From Candidatus Limnocylindrales bacterium (GTDB taxonomy: Bacteria > Chloroflexota > Limnocylindria > Limnocylindrales > CSP1-4): a stretch of DNA of 64,000 nucleotides. Made by a program: the position numbers and the translations under genes. Location: NCBI GenBank assembly GCA_035540555.1, contig DATLGJ010000021.1:4492-68491 (forward strand), read 5' to 3'. The notes beneath the pieces are model-generated. The model was not told the origin of the DNA. It was given only the letters and a program-made list of their open reading frames with translations, and did not search any database. Positions 10,227 to 19,298 of this stretch are shown piece after piece (positions within the stretch are counted from its first letter, which is position 1; each line of letters begins with the position of its first letter).

Positions 10227-11405
10227 CTACGCATGGGCGTCAACCGGGTCGAGCGCCGGTCGGTCGATGGCGAACAGGTCCAGCTCGGCCGGCGGTGGTC
10301 GACACTGGCCATCCAGGGCCAGCTCCGCCAGCAGGATCCCCATCAGCGCGGCGAACTTGTAGGCGTGGGCCGCGCCCAGCGCGACGACCACGTTCGGCGC
10401 CTCGGGCAGCCGATCGACGATGAAGTCCCGGTCCGGCGTCGTGGTGTAGAGGCATGTCTTCGCACCCTGGAGGTGAACGAACGCACGTGGCAGGTGCTGA
10501 TCAAGGAACCGCCTCAGCCGCGCGGCAACCGCCGGGTCCGGATCGAAGGTGCGCGTGTCGGCGGTCGTCTCCCGGCCGCCCAGGTCCTCGCCCACCTTTG
10601 GGCCGCGCTGTCTGTGGGCGGGGAAGCCGTAGAAGGAGGGCAGGTCCAGCCAGATCCAGATCGGGAAGCGGCCGCTCGCAAACGCCCCGGGGTCGCGTGC
10701 CTCGAACCAGCTGACCTGCTCGAGCGTCACGCGCAGCGGCAGCGGCCGTCCGAGCGGTGCGAGCAGATCATTGGTCCAGGCGTCGGTCGCCAGCACGACC
10801 GAGCCCGCGGCGAAGGTGCGGCCGTCGGCCGTCCGGACCTCCAGCTCGCCGCGGTGGTCGCGCAGCTCGGTCACGCGTGCTCGCTCGCGCACGTCGGCGC
10901 CGTGCGCCAGCGCCAGCTGCTGATGCGCGGCGTTGCCCACGCTCGGGTCGGCAATGCCCGCGTCGGGTTGGTAGAGCCCCCGAGTGTCGGAATGGAGCTG
11001 CCACTGGGGCCAGCGCCGAGCGAGCTCGGCGGCATCCAGCCACTCGAACGGCACCCCAGCCACCGACATCGATGCGGCATAGTCTTCGATCGACTCGGCG
11101 GCGCCGGGAGGGGCCAGGTCCAGGCCACCGGTGATGGTGATGACCCGCGCGTCGGCCTCCGCCTCCAGCTCCCGCCAGGAGACATAGGCTCGCTTGGCCA
11201 GTTCGACGTACTCGGGCCGGTGATACGACAGCCTGATGATGCGCGACTCATCCTGCGAGGCGCCGCGGTCATGGCCCAGCTCGAACTGCTCCAGGCCGAG
11301 CACCCGCGCCCCCGACCGGGCGAGCCGGTAGAGTGCCGCGCTGCCGATGCCGCCCAGCCCGACGACTATCGCGTCGTAGTCGCCCCCGTTTGAGCGGCTG
11401 CTCAC
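10227..11405 (-). CDS. FAD-dependent sarcosine oxidase / N-methyl amino-acid oxidase family protein
   Basis: The N-terminal dinucleotide fold reads YDAIVVGLGGIGSAALYRLA. Overall similarity is to monomeric sarcosine oxidase / SolA-type enzymes. Its start is coupled to the stop of the upstream Rieske gene. Confidence 0.75.
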   Translation of the reverse strand: MSSRSNGGDYDAIVVGLGGIGSAALYRLARSGARVLGLEQFELGHDRGASQDESRIIRLSYHRPEYVELAKRAYVSWRELEAEADARVITITGGLDLAPPGAAESIEDYAASMSVAGVPFEWLDAAELARRWPQWQLHSDTRGLYQPDAGIADPSVGNAAHQQLALAHGADVRERARVTELRDHRGELEVRTADGRTFAAGSVVLATDAWTNDLLAPLGRPLPLRVTLEQVSWFEARDPGAFASGRFPIWIWLDLPSFYGFPAHRQRGPKVGEDLGGRETTADTRTFDPDPAVAARLRRFLDQHLPRAFVHLQGAKTCLYTTTPDRDFIVDRLPEAPNVVVALGAAHAYKFAALMGILLAELALDGQCRPPPAELDLFAIDRPALDPVDAHA

Positions 11406-12585
11406 TCCTCGCCGAGGCTCTCTGCGACGTAGCGCCGGATGTCCAGGCTCATGTCCTCCATCGGCGCGTAGTAGCCGGCATCGAAGACGCGCGAGGTCAT
11501 GCCGCCCTGGGTCGCCTCGCAGATCACCCAGTCCTGCCGGTTGACCAGGTCCCAGAACTCCACCGCGTCCGAGGGGTCGAAGGAGGGCTTCTCGATCTCC
11601 GTCGGATGGAAGAGCCAGTCGACCACTATCTGCGTGCGGTCGGGCGAGCGGGGCAGGAGCATGAACGAGGCGACGTGGTCGGCCGACAGGCTGATCATCA
11701 GGTTGGGATAGGCCAGCTCGCCCTTGTGCCGCTCCTTTTCCTCGTCGGACAGACCTGGAAAGGGCGCCCGGTCGGTCGTGCCGGTGAAGGTGAAGGTGAA
11801 CGTGCCCTCCGCCTGCGGCACACCCTCATCCCAATCCAGGCCAAGCCCGAAGTCCTTCTTGAAAGCGGGCACGATCTTGCACAGCTCCGGGTGCACGCCG
11901 GCGCAGTGGTAACACTCGTTGTAGTTCTCGAGGATCACCTTCCAGTTGGCGGCCACGTCGTAGACGATCCGTCGCGCTGCCCGCAGCTCGGCCAGCGGAT
12001 AGCGGCGCAGGCGCTCCGGGATGGGGCCGAGCTGGTCGTGCAGCGATCGCTCGGTGCGCCGGTTGGCTGAGATCCCGTTGTTTGAGTCGCCCCGGCTCAG
12101 CCGCACGAAGATCCAGCCGCCCCAGGTGTCAAGCTCCACCGGGTGCAGAGCGAAGGCGGCCGGGTCGAAGTCCTCACGCTCGCCGAGGAAGGGCGCGTTG
12201 CGCACGCGGCCATCCAGCTCTATGTCCACGAGTGGTATGAGCAGCGGATGATGCCCTTGAAGCGACCGTCGGCGGACGGAAAATCGCATCCCTCGGGCAC
12301 CGGCTCGCCCAGGGCCAGCCGGCTGCCACGGTGGCGGCAGACGTTGTAGTGCGCGCGCAGCTCGCCGGTGCGCGTGCGCACGACCAGGATCCGCTCGCCG
12401 GCAACGTCGACGTGAAGGTAGTCGCCGGCCTCCGGCACCATCTCCACCCGTCCGACACAGAACCACTGGCGGTGGAAGATGCGGTCCCGCTCGCGACTGA
12501 AGTGCTCGGGCGAGACATAGGCTTCCTTGGGCAGCGAGCGCTCCAGCGCCGACCGCTCCATGCGCACCTGCTGCTCGACCGTCAT
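11402..12585 (-). pseudogene. Rieske [2Fe-2S] non-heme-iron oxygenase alpha subunit (N-demethylase-like), frameshifted at about 12224
   Basis: The N-terminal ORF (12220-12585) carries CRHRG...CSYHSW and then hits TAG. The catalytic domain (ENYNECYHCAGVHP and onward) continues in another frame from DIELDGRV to the stop at 11402. Two orphan bases (12224-12225) lie between the W codon and the I codon, which implies one missing base. Confidence 0.8.
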
Positions 12586-12696
12586 CTAGACCTCCCTGCC
12601 GCCGGCCCTGCCTTCCACGATAGACCACCCCGTCACGTGGGTGCCGCCGTCGCCCTGGAGGGCCTCGGCCGAGTGGGCCTGACTAGACTGGCCGGC

Positions 12697-14748
12697 ATGG
12701 AAGAGCGAGCAGCCAGCCGGCCCGCGCATGACGTGGCGGTGCGGCAGAGTCTCGTTATCCCTGCTCGCGACGGCATCCAGCTGTCGGCCAACCTGTTCAT
12801 GCCCGACCAGGAGGGTCGCTGGCCCGCCGTGCTCAACATGGATCCCTATCGCAAAGACGATTGGTCGGCCAGCTGGGACATGGCGCTGGGCAGCTACCTT
12901 GCCGAACGGGGCTATGCGTACTGTCGTTTGGACGTGCGCGGGACGGGCAGCTCGGGCGGCCTCGCGCTGGACGAATACACCCCCGCCGAGACCCAAGACG
13001 GCTACGACGCTGTCGAGTGGCTGGCTGCACAGGAGTGGTCGAACGGGCGGGTCGGGATGTGGGGCCTGTCCTACGGAGGATTCACCTCGCTGCAGGTTGC
13101 CTGCCTTCAGCCGCCGCACCTCTTCGCGATCGTGCCCATCCAGGCGACCGACGACCGCTACACGGATGACGTCCACTACCTGGGCGGTGCGATGACGGTC
13201 AGCGAGCTGTCGCAGTACGCCGTCAGCCAGGTGGCGATGAACGCCATGCCGCCCCTGCCCGAGGCCTGGGGCGAGGATTGGCGCGGGCGCTGGCTCGAGC
13301 GGCTCCAGGGCACCCCGGTCTGGCTGTTCGAGTGGGCCCGCCAGCAGCGCGACGGTCCGTACTGGCGCCAGGGCTCGGTGGCGCCCGACTACGGCCGTAT
13401 CAGGGCAGCTGTCCTGCAGCTCGCCGGCTGGATGGACGAGTACGTCGACGCGGCGCTGCGCATACAGCAGCACTGCACCGCAGCGGCTGCCCGGCGGACA
13501 ATCGTCGGGCCGTGGGTCCACGGGCTGCCCGACCACGCCTACCCCGGGCCCAACATCGACTGGCTGCACGAGATGGTGCGCTGGTTCGATCGCTGGCTGA
13601 AGGCGGCCGACAACGGCGCCGAGATGGAGCCGGCACTAACCTGGCTGCATCGCCAGCACACGCCCCCCGAGCGCTTTCCGGCGCGGCTCAATGGTGCGTG
13701 GCGGGCCGTCCGTGACTGGCCCGTCCCGGCCACGCCGCTCAACGTGTGGCTCGATGCCGGGGACGAGCCCGGCCGAGGCGTACTGGCGACCGAGCCGACG
13801 GTCGATGAGGGCGAGGACCTTTTCGAGCATCGCCCGACGGCCGGGTCGCGCGCCGGCTCGCTGTGCTGGGGCAGCGGGCACCCGCCCAACGGCCTCGCCG
13901 CCGACCTGCGCGCCGAGGAGCACAACGGACCCGTCTACACCAGCCAGCCCTTGTCAGAAGCGGTGGACATCCTCGGCCCGCCAGTGCTTGTCTTGCACGT
14001 CTCGTCCAGCGAGCCGGTGGCGCACCTCGTTGCGCGGCTGGGCGACGTCGCCCCGGACGGAGCGGTGGAGCAGGTCAGCGCGGGCGTCCTCAACCTAACC
14101 CATCGAGAGTCGCACACCGACCCAACCCCACTCGAGCCCGGCCGCAAATACGAGATCCGGCTGCCGCTGCGCGCCGCCGGCTACCGGTTCCTGCCCGGAC
14201 ATCGCATCCGACTGAGCCTGGCCAGCTCGCACTGGCCTGTCGTCTGGCCCTCGCCGGGGCAAGCAGGGCTCGCTGTCGGACGTGGACCGAGCAAACCCTC
14301 CCGCCTGCTGCTGCCGCTCGCGCCGGCGGAGGACCGGCTGGTTGCGCCACCGGCCTTCCGAACGGGGCCCGCTGAGCTGCGCGAATTCGGCAGCGAGACA
14401 TCGGAGCCTGTCCGGTGGGAGGTGACGGAGCGGCCCCTCGACGGTACCGTCTCGGTGCGGACGCACGAGGCCTCGCGCATGGTGCTGCCCGATGGTCGCT
14501 CCGAGCTGTATCTGTCGGAGACGCTGTCCATGTCCGCTTCGGACCTGTCGCCGGGCGAGGGTCGTTTCGACAACAGATGTCGCTACGAGCTCGATCGCGA
14601 CGGCCGTCACGTGGCGATCAGGGCATCGGGCACAACGATCGCCGGCCCGCGCGAGCTGGAGATGCGCGTCCGGCTGCGAGTCGACCTGGACCGGGGGCGG
14701 CTGTTCGAGCGACGCTGGCGGCGGACGATTCAGCGCGACCTGCTCTGA
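12697..14748 (+). CDS. CocE/NonD family hydrolase (X-Pro dipeptidyl-peptidase S15-like)
   Basis: Family hallmarks are present: VIPARDGIQLSANLFMP...PAVLNMDPYRK, the nucleophile elbow GMWGLSYGG, and a C-terminal beta-sandwich domain. The start was taken at ATG 12697, because the longer ORF would run antisense through the Rieske gene. Confidence 0.8.
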   Translation: MEERAASRPAHDVAVRQSLVIPARDGIQLSANLFMPDQEGRWPAVLNMDPYRKDDWSASWDMALGSYLAERGYAYCRLDVRGTGSSGGLALDEYTPAETQDGYDAVEWLAAQEWSNGRVGMWGLSYGGFTSLQVACLQPPHLFAIVPIQATDDRYTDDVHYLGGAMTVSELSQYAVSQVAMNAMPPLPEAWGEDWRGRWLERLQGTPVWLFEWARQQRDGPYWRQGSVAPDYGRIRAAVLQLAGWMDEYVDAALRIQQHCTAAAARRTIVGPWVHGLPDHAYPGPNIDWLHEMVRWFDRWLKAADNGAEMEPALTWLHRQHTPPERFPARLNGAWRAVRDWPVPATPLNVWLDAGDEPGRGVLATEPTVDEGEDLFEHRPTAGSRAGSLCWGSGHPPNGLAADLRAEEHNGPVYTSQPLSEAVDILGPPVLVLHVSSSEPVAHLVARLGDVAPDGAVEQVSAGVLNLTHRESHTDPTPLEPGRKYEIRLPLRAAGYRFLPGHRIRLSLASSHWPVVWPSPGQAGLAVGRGPSKPSRLLLPLAPAEDRLVAPPAFRTGPAELREFGSETSEPVRWEVTERPLDGTVSVRTHEASRMVLPDGRSELYLSETLSMSASDLSPGEGRFDNRCRYELDRDGRHVAIRASGTTIAGPRELEMRVRLRVDLDRGRLFERRWRRTIQRDLL

Positions 14749-15854
14749 GCAGGCGCCGGAGGCGTCCAGAGGTGATGCGCCCCTACCTGTGACAGCTCGC
14801 TTACGCCGAGCAGCGCCATATCGCGCCGGACCTCGGCGCGGAGCAGGTCAAGGGCGTGCGCCACGCCGGCCTCGCCACCGGCACCGAGGGCAAAGAAGAT
14901 CGGCCGTCCGACGAAGGTGGCGCGTGCGCCGAGCGCCAACGCCATAAGCACGTCGGTGCCACGCCTGACGCCCCCATCCAGGTACACCTCCACTCGGCCA
15001 TCAACGGCCCGGACGACTTCCGGCAACGCGTCGAGGGCAGCCGGAAGCCGGTCCAGCTGTCGGCCGCCGTGATTGGAGACCACAACGCCATGCACCCCCA
15101 TTTCCACGGCGCGTTGGGCGTCCTCGCCAGAGAGGATGCCCTTGACGACGATCGGAAGCTCCGATAGGCCGCGGAGCCAATCGAGATCGTTCCAGCTCAA
15201 CGTGGAGTCGGTGAAGCCGCCGATGACCGCCGCGAGAACGCCGTCGGCCGCCTCCGCACGCGTCACCTCGATGTTGCCGTACGCCTGCGGATAGGGAAGG
15301 CCCCAGCGCAGGTCGCGCTCGCGATTGCCCGCCACCGGGAAGTCAACCGTCAGCACGATGGCGGTGTAGCCGGCGGCGGCGGCGCGCCGGACGAGCTCCG
15401 CCGATCGGCGCCGCTCGCGGTGCACGTAGAGCTGGAACCAGCGCGGTCCGGATCCGGCCTCGTCGGCGGCCGCGGCGACCTCCTCGATCGAACGGCTCGA
15501 CATGGTCGACAGGCAGAACAACACGTTGGCTGCCGAGGCTGCCCTGGCCGTGGCCAGCTCCGCCTGGGGGTCGGCGAAGTGCTGGAAGGCCATCGGCGCG
15601 ACGGCCGCCGGCAGGCTGACCGGGTGTCCGAGCAGGCTGGTCGAGCTGTCGACATCGGATACGTCGACCAGGACCCGCGGCCGCAGCCGCAGGCGCGCAA
15701 AGGCCGCCCTATTTGCCGCCATGGTCAGCTCGTCGTCGGCGCCGCCCGCCACGTAGTCGAGCTCGGGCCGGCCCATCCTCTCGGCCGCCAGCGTCTCGAA
15801 GTCGCTGAGGTTGACTGCACGGCTCAACGCGGGAGGCTGGCTCAGTTCGGCCAT
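14730..15854 (-). CDS. FMN-dependent alpha-hydroxy acid dehydrogenase/oxidase (lactate/glycolate oxidase family)
   Basis: The motifs SNHGGRQLD, FQLY and the GGVRRGTDV FMN-phosphate loop are present. The 3' end overlaps the convergent CocE/NonD gene by 19 nt. Confidence 0.85.
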   Translation of the reverse strand: MAELSQPPALSRAVNLSDFETLAAERMGRPELDYVAGGADDELTMAANRAAFARLRLRPRVLVDVSDVDSSTSLLGHPVSLPAAVAPMAFQHFADPQAELATARAASAANVLFCLSTMSSRSIEEVAAAADEAGSGPRWFQLYVHRERRRSAELVRRAAAAGYTAIVLTVDFPVAGNRERDLRWGLPYPQAYGNIEVTRAEAADGVLAAVIGGFTDSTLSWNDLDWLRGLSELPIVVKGILSGEDAQRAVEMGVHGVVVSNHGGRQLDRLPAALDALPEVVRAVDGRVEVYLDGGVRRGTDVLMALALGARATFVGRPIFFALGAGGEAGVAHALDLLRAEVRRDMALLGVSELSQVGAHHLWTPPAPAQSRSR

Positions 15855-15867
15855 GGTCGGCTGATGG

Positions 15868-17142
15868 TTACACAGCGTGGCTGCCCGGTGGCTCCTCGCC
15901 GGCGGCCGCCAGCCGCTCGCGAACCCGGATCGGCAGCACGAGGCAGGCAGCCGCCACGAACGCCAGGGCCATCAGGACGAAGGTCAGCGGCAGGCCGGCC
16001 GGCTCGCCCAGTGCGTCGATGAGCGCGCCGTAGAGCAGCACCCACAGCGAGCCGATCCCGAAAGCGAGCGTGAAGTAGGCCGCGAAGGATGCGTCTCGCA
16101 GGTCGCGCGGTGCGATGTCGGCAAGCAGCGCCTGCAGCTGCGGGCTCTCGACGAAGTTGAAGACGCTCAGCAGGACGATGGCCAGCCAGAGCATCGGCAC
16201 GTCTGAGCCTGCGGCCACGAAGAGCAGCAGCGATGCGGCACCGGCCAGATAGGTGATGACGATCAACAGCCGCCTTCCGAACCTGTCCGACAGCCAGCCT
16301 GCGACGATGGGACCGGGCACGCTTCCGACCACCAGGACCGTGTACATCAGCGCCACCGTCATCGTGTCCAGCCCGATCACCAGCGCCAAATAGAGCGGCA
16401 CGAACACGTTGAGCACGCCGAGCCCCCGCCCGCCTCCGCCGAGCACGGCCGAGGCGTAGACGAGCAGCAGGTCGCGATCACGCAGCACCGCCGCGTAGGC
16501 GGAGCGGACCGAGCCGTAGGCCTTCGCCGCTGCTCGATCGACACCCGATTCACGCACCAGCGCCCAGATCGCCAGCGCGACGAGGATGGCCGGCACGCCG
16601 AACAGTACGACCGTCCAGCGCCAGCCGATGCCGGCAATCAGCCACGCGCCGATGAGCGGCACGGCCACCGTGCCGACGTTGCCGCCCGCGATGTGAGCGG
16701 CGATGGCGAACCCGCGCCGGTGCGGCGGAAACTGCTCGGCCAGCAGTCCGTTTCCGACCGGGTGCTGTGGCGAACCCCCGATGCGCGAAACGATGTTCGC
16801 GGCGGCAAAGGTGGCGAAGCCCGGCGCCAGCGCCTGGGCAGCCATCCCTCCGCCGAAGACGATCCCTCCGACAGTCATGATCGAGCGCCGCGAGAAGACG
16901 CGCGTCAGCCAGCCGTAGCTGATCTGGAGCAGCCCCGCCGAGACGTTGCCCGCCGCGGCCAGGAATGCGACCGCCGCGACACCGATGTCGAACTCGCTGA
17001 TGATCGCCAGGTACACCAGCGGCAGCAGGGCGGCCTGGGCGTGGTTGACTGCGTGGCCGGCCGACAGCAGCCACAGCGTGAGCCAGGGTTTGACGTGTTC
17101 CGTCGGCGTCCCTTCCGGGTGGGCGGCCATCGTGGTGGGCAT
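15868..17142 (-). CDS. MFS transporter
   Basis: About 12 predicted hydrophobic helices with MFS-like loop motifs. The start was taken at the internal ATG 17142 to avoid overlapping the divergent gene. Confidence 0.75.
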   Translation of the reverse strand: MPTTMAAHPEGTPTEHVKPWLTLWLLSAGHAVNHAQAALLPLVYLAIISEFDIGVAAVAFLAAAGNVSAGLLQISYGWLTRVFSRRSIMTVGGIVFGGGMAAQALAPGFATFAAANIVSRIGGSPQHPVGNGLLAEQFPPHRRGFAIAAHIAGGNVGTVAVPLIGAWLIAGIGWRWTVVLFGVPAILVALAIWALVRESGVDRAAAKAYGSVRSAYAAVLRDRDLLLVYASAVLGGGGRGLGVLNVFVPLYLALVIGLDTMTVALMYTVLVVGSVPGPIVAGWLSDRFGRRLLIVITYLAGAASLLLFVAAGSDVPMLWLAIVLLSVFNFVESPQLQALLADIAPRDLRDASFAAYFTLAFGIGSLWVLLYGALIDALGEPAGLPLTFVLMALAFVAAACLVLPIRVRERLAAAGEEPPGSHAV

Positions 17143-17186
17143 GCGCCGGCCAGAGTAACGCCCGACCGGCGATAGACTGGCTGTCC

Positions 17187-18029
17187 ATGAGCAACCAGCA
17201 GCAAGCAACCGATGGGCGCGAGCGGTGGGCGGTGATCCTCGGTGCCAGCAGCGGGTTCGGCGCAGCCGCTGCCCGTGCTCTGGCCCGCGACGGATACGGC
17301 ATCGTCGGCGTGCATCTCGACCTGCGCGCCACCAAGGCTGCCGCCGAAGCGGTTCGCGATGAGATCGCCGAGCTCGGCGCGCGCGTGGTCTTTCACAACG
17401 TGAACGCCGCCGATGAGGAGAAGCGACGCGCGGTCATCGCGGACATCGAGCAGCGCTTCGCGCAGCGGCGGGCCGAGGGCGCCGATCCCTTCGTTGCGGT
17501 CTTCCTACACTCGCTCGCCTTTGGAACCACGCTTTCATACGTTGCCACCGGCCCGGAGGAGAGAGAGGTCAACCAGAAGCAGCTCGAGATGACCGCCGAT
17601 GTGATGGCGCACTCGATGGTTTACTGGGCCCGAGACCTGTTCCACGCCGGCCTTCTCGGTGATGGCAGCCGGCTCTTCGCCATGACCAGCGAAGGAGCTG
17701 TCAAGGTGGTGCCCACTTACGGGCCCGTCAGTGCGGCCAAGGCCGCGCTGGAGTCACACTGCCGGCAGCTTGCGCTTGAGCTGATCCCGCATGGCATCAC
17801 CGTCAACGCAATCCGCGCCGGGGTGACGGACACGCCAGCTCTGAGGCGCATTCCCGGCCACGAGGGGTTGATCAAGGCCTCCCTGGCGCGCAATCCCGGC
17901 GGCCGCATGACGACGCCGGAGGATGTCGCCGAGGCGCTCGTTGCGCTCGCCTCGCCCCGCCTGCACTGGATGACCGGCAACGTCATCGGCGTGGATGGAG
18001 GCGAGCTCGTCGGAGAGCGTCGCAGCTAG
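17187..18029 (+). CDS. SDR-family oxidoreductase, enoyl-[ACP] reductase-like (Y-x6-K)
   Basis: The Rossmann motif reads ILGASSGFGAAAA. The catalytic spacing YGPVSAAK (Y-x6-K) is typical of FabI/FabL-type enoyl reductases rather than classical Y-x3-K SDRs. Confidence 0.65.
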   Translation: MSNQQQATDGRERWAVILGASSGFGAAAARALARDGYGIVGVHLDLRATKAAAEAVRDEIAELGARVVFHNVNAADEEKRRAVIADIEQRFAQRRAEGADPFVAVFLHSLAFGTTLSYVATGPEEREVNQKQLEMTADVMAHSMVYWARDLFHAGLLGDGSRLFAMTSEGAVKVVPTYGPVSAAKAALESHCRQLALELIPHGITVNAIRAGVTDTPALRRIPGHEGLIKASLARNPGGRMTTPEDVAEALVALASPRLHWMTGNVIGVDGGELVGERRS

Positions 18030-18159
18030 GCCGGCAGCCGACCGCACAGGGCCCAAACGTTTGTTATGCCACGGCGATACGAGAGTCCCGCCCGTGGTCT
18101 CTCCCTGATCCCCCGCCCGTCAGGCTGGATGATCCAACAATCAGCAGTGGGGGACACCC

Positions 18160-18891
18160 ATGGATCAGACGACGGGCGGCGACGAGGTTCGCCGCAGCGC
18201 GGAGAGCACGGTCTCGACGATCGCCGAGCAGGCCCAGCAGACGGCCGAGGCGCACGTCTCGACACAGAAGGATCAGGCCGCCAGCGCCCTGCACTCGGTC
18301 GCCGAAGCGGTCCGACGCAGTGGCCAGGATCTGGGCGAGGAGCAGCCTCAGCTGGCCTCGTTGGCCAATCAGGCAGCCGACCGGGTTGACCGGGCGTCCG
18401 ACTACATTCGGAGTCACGATCTGCGCGACTTCGTGCGCGAGGCGGAAGGCTTTGCTCGTCGCGAGCCGATGATCTTCCTGGGCGGCGCCTTTGCCCTGGG
18501 CTTCCTCGCCGCGCGCTTCATCAAGGCCTCCAGCCCGAGCCAGGGCCAGGGCGGTTACGGCGCCACGGGTGGCTACGGCGCGACCCGTGGCTACGGCGCG
18601 ACCGGTGGCTACGGCGCCGCTGGCGGCTACGGCAGCCAGGGTGGCTATGGCGCGACCGGCAGCTACGGCAGCCAGGGCGGCTACGGCGCGACCGGCGGCT
18701 ACGGCAACCAGGGCGGCTTCGGGGGCTATGACGCCTACGCCGACAGCGAGCGCGAACGCAGCCTCGGCACGGCCGGTACGCTCGGCGAGACAGAAGGCCT
18801 GCGCGATGGCAGCGGCCTGACCGACGCCGACACCGGCGCGGCCGAAGAGGAGACGGTCGGCGGCTCGACGCTCCGCTCGGGCGGAAGCTGA
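18160..18891 (+). CDS. membrane-anchored stress-type protein with a (GGYGAT)n low-complexity tail
   Basis: A helical, Ala/Gln-rich N-terminal half is followed by one hydrophobic helix (MIFLGGAFALGFLAARFI). Ten Gly-Tyr hexapeptide repeats and an acidic tail follow. An RBS-like gggggacaccc precedes the ATG. Confidence 0.7.
   Translation: MDQTTGGDEVRRSAESTVSTIAEQAQQTAEAHVSTQKDQAASALHSVAEAVRRSGQDLGEEQPQLASLANQAADRVDRASDYIRSHDLRDFVREAEGFARREPMIFLGGAFALGFLAARFIKASSPSQGQGGYGATGGYGATRGYGATGGYGAAGGYGSQGGYGATGSYGSQGGYGATGGYGNQGGFGGYDAYADSERERSLGTAGTLGETEGLRDGSGLTDADTGAAEEETVGGSTLRSGGS
18550..18729 (+). repeat. in-frame 18-bp tandem repeat, 10 units, encoding GGYGAT-type hexapeptides
   Basis: Read directly from the sequence. 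The units are GGYGAT, GGYGAT, RGYGAT, GGYGAA, GGYGSQ, GGYGAT, GSYGSQ, GGYGAT, GGYGNQ and GGFGGY. The DNA unit is approximately ggctacggcgcgaccggt. Confidence 0.95.
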
Positions 18892-18899
18892 GTCGCGCG

Positions 18900-19298
18900 A
18901 TGACCAACGCCCCGCGCGAAGAGCGCTCGCTTGGCGACCTCTTCGCCGAGCTATCCCAACAGGTCTCGACCCTTGTTCGCAAGGAGTTCGAGCTGGCCCG
19001 CCACGAGCTGACGCGATCGGCCACCCGGCTCGGGCGGGCGGCGGCCCTCATCGCGGTTGGCGGCCTGCTGGCCTACGCTGGTCTGATCGTGCTTCTGATC
19101 GGGCTCGGCTTCCTGCTGGCAACCCTCGGGCTGCCGACATGGCTGGCGCTGCTCGTGGTGGGCATCGCCGTCGTCGCGATCGGCGGCTTCCTCGCCTGGC
19201 ACTTTCTCAATGAGATGAAGAAGACGGCGATAGTGCCCGAGCGGACGGTCGAGACCATCCAGGACAACGTCCAGTGGGCAAAGGAACAGACCGAATGA
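18900..19298 (+). CDS. holin-X / DUF1469-like small membrane protein (YqjE-like)
   Basis: The N-terminus reads SLGDLFAELSQQVSTLVRKEFELARHE, followed by two long hydrophobic helices. This matches my recollection of the actinobacterial 'phage holin family / Holin-X' proteins. Confidence 0.65.
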   Translation: MTNAPREERSLGDLFAELSQQVSTLVRKEFELARHELTRSATRLGRAAALIAVGGLLAYAGLIVLLIGLGFLLATLGLPTWLALLVVGIAVVAIGGFLAWHFLNEMKKTAIVPERTVETIQDNVQWAKEQTE

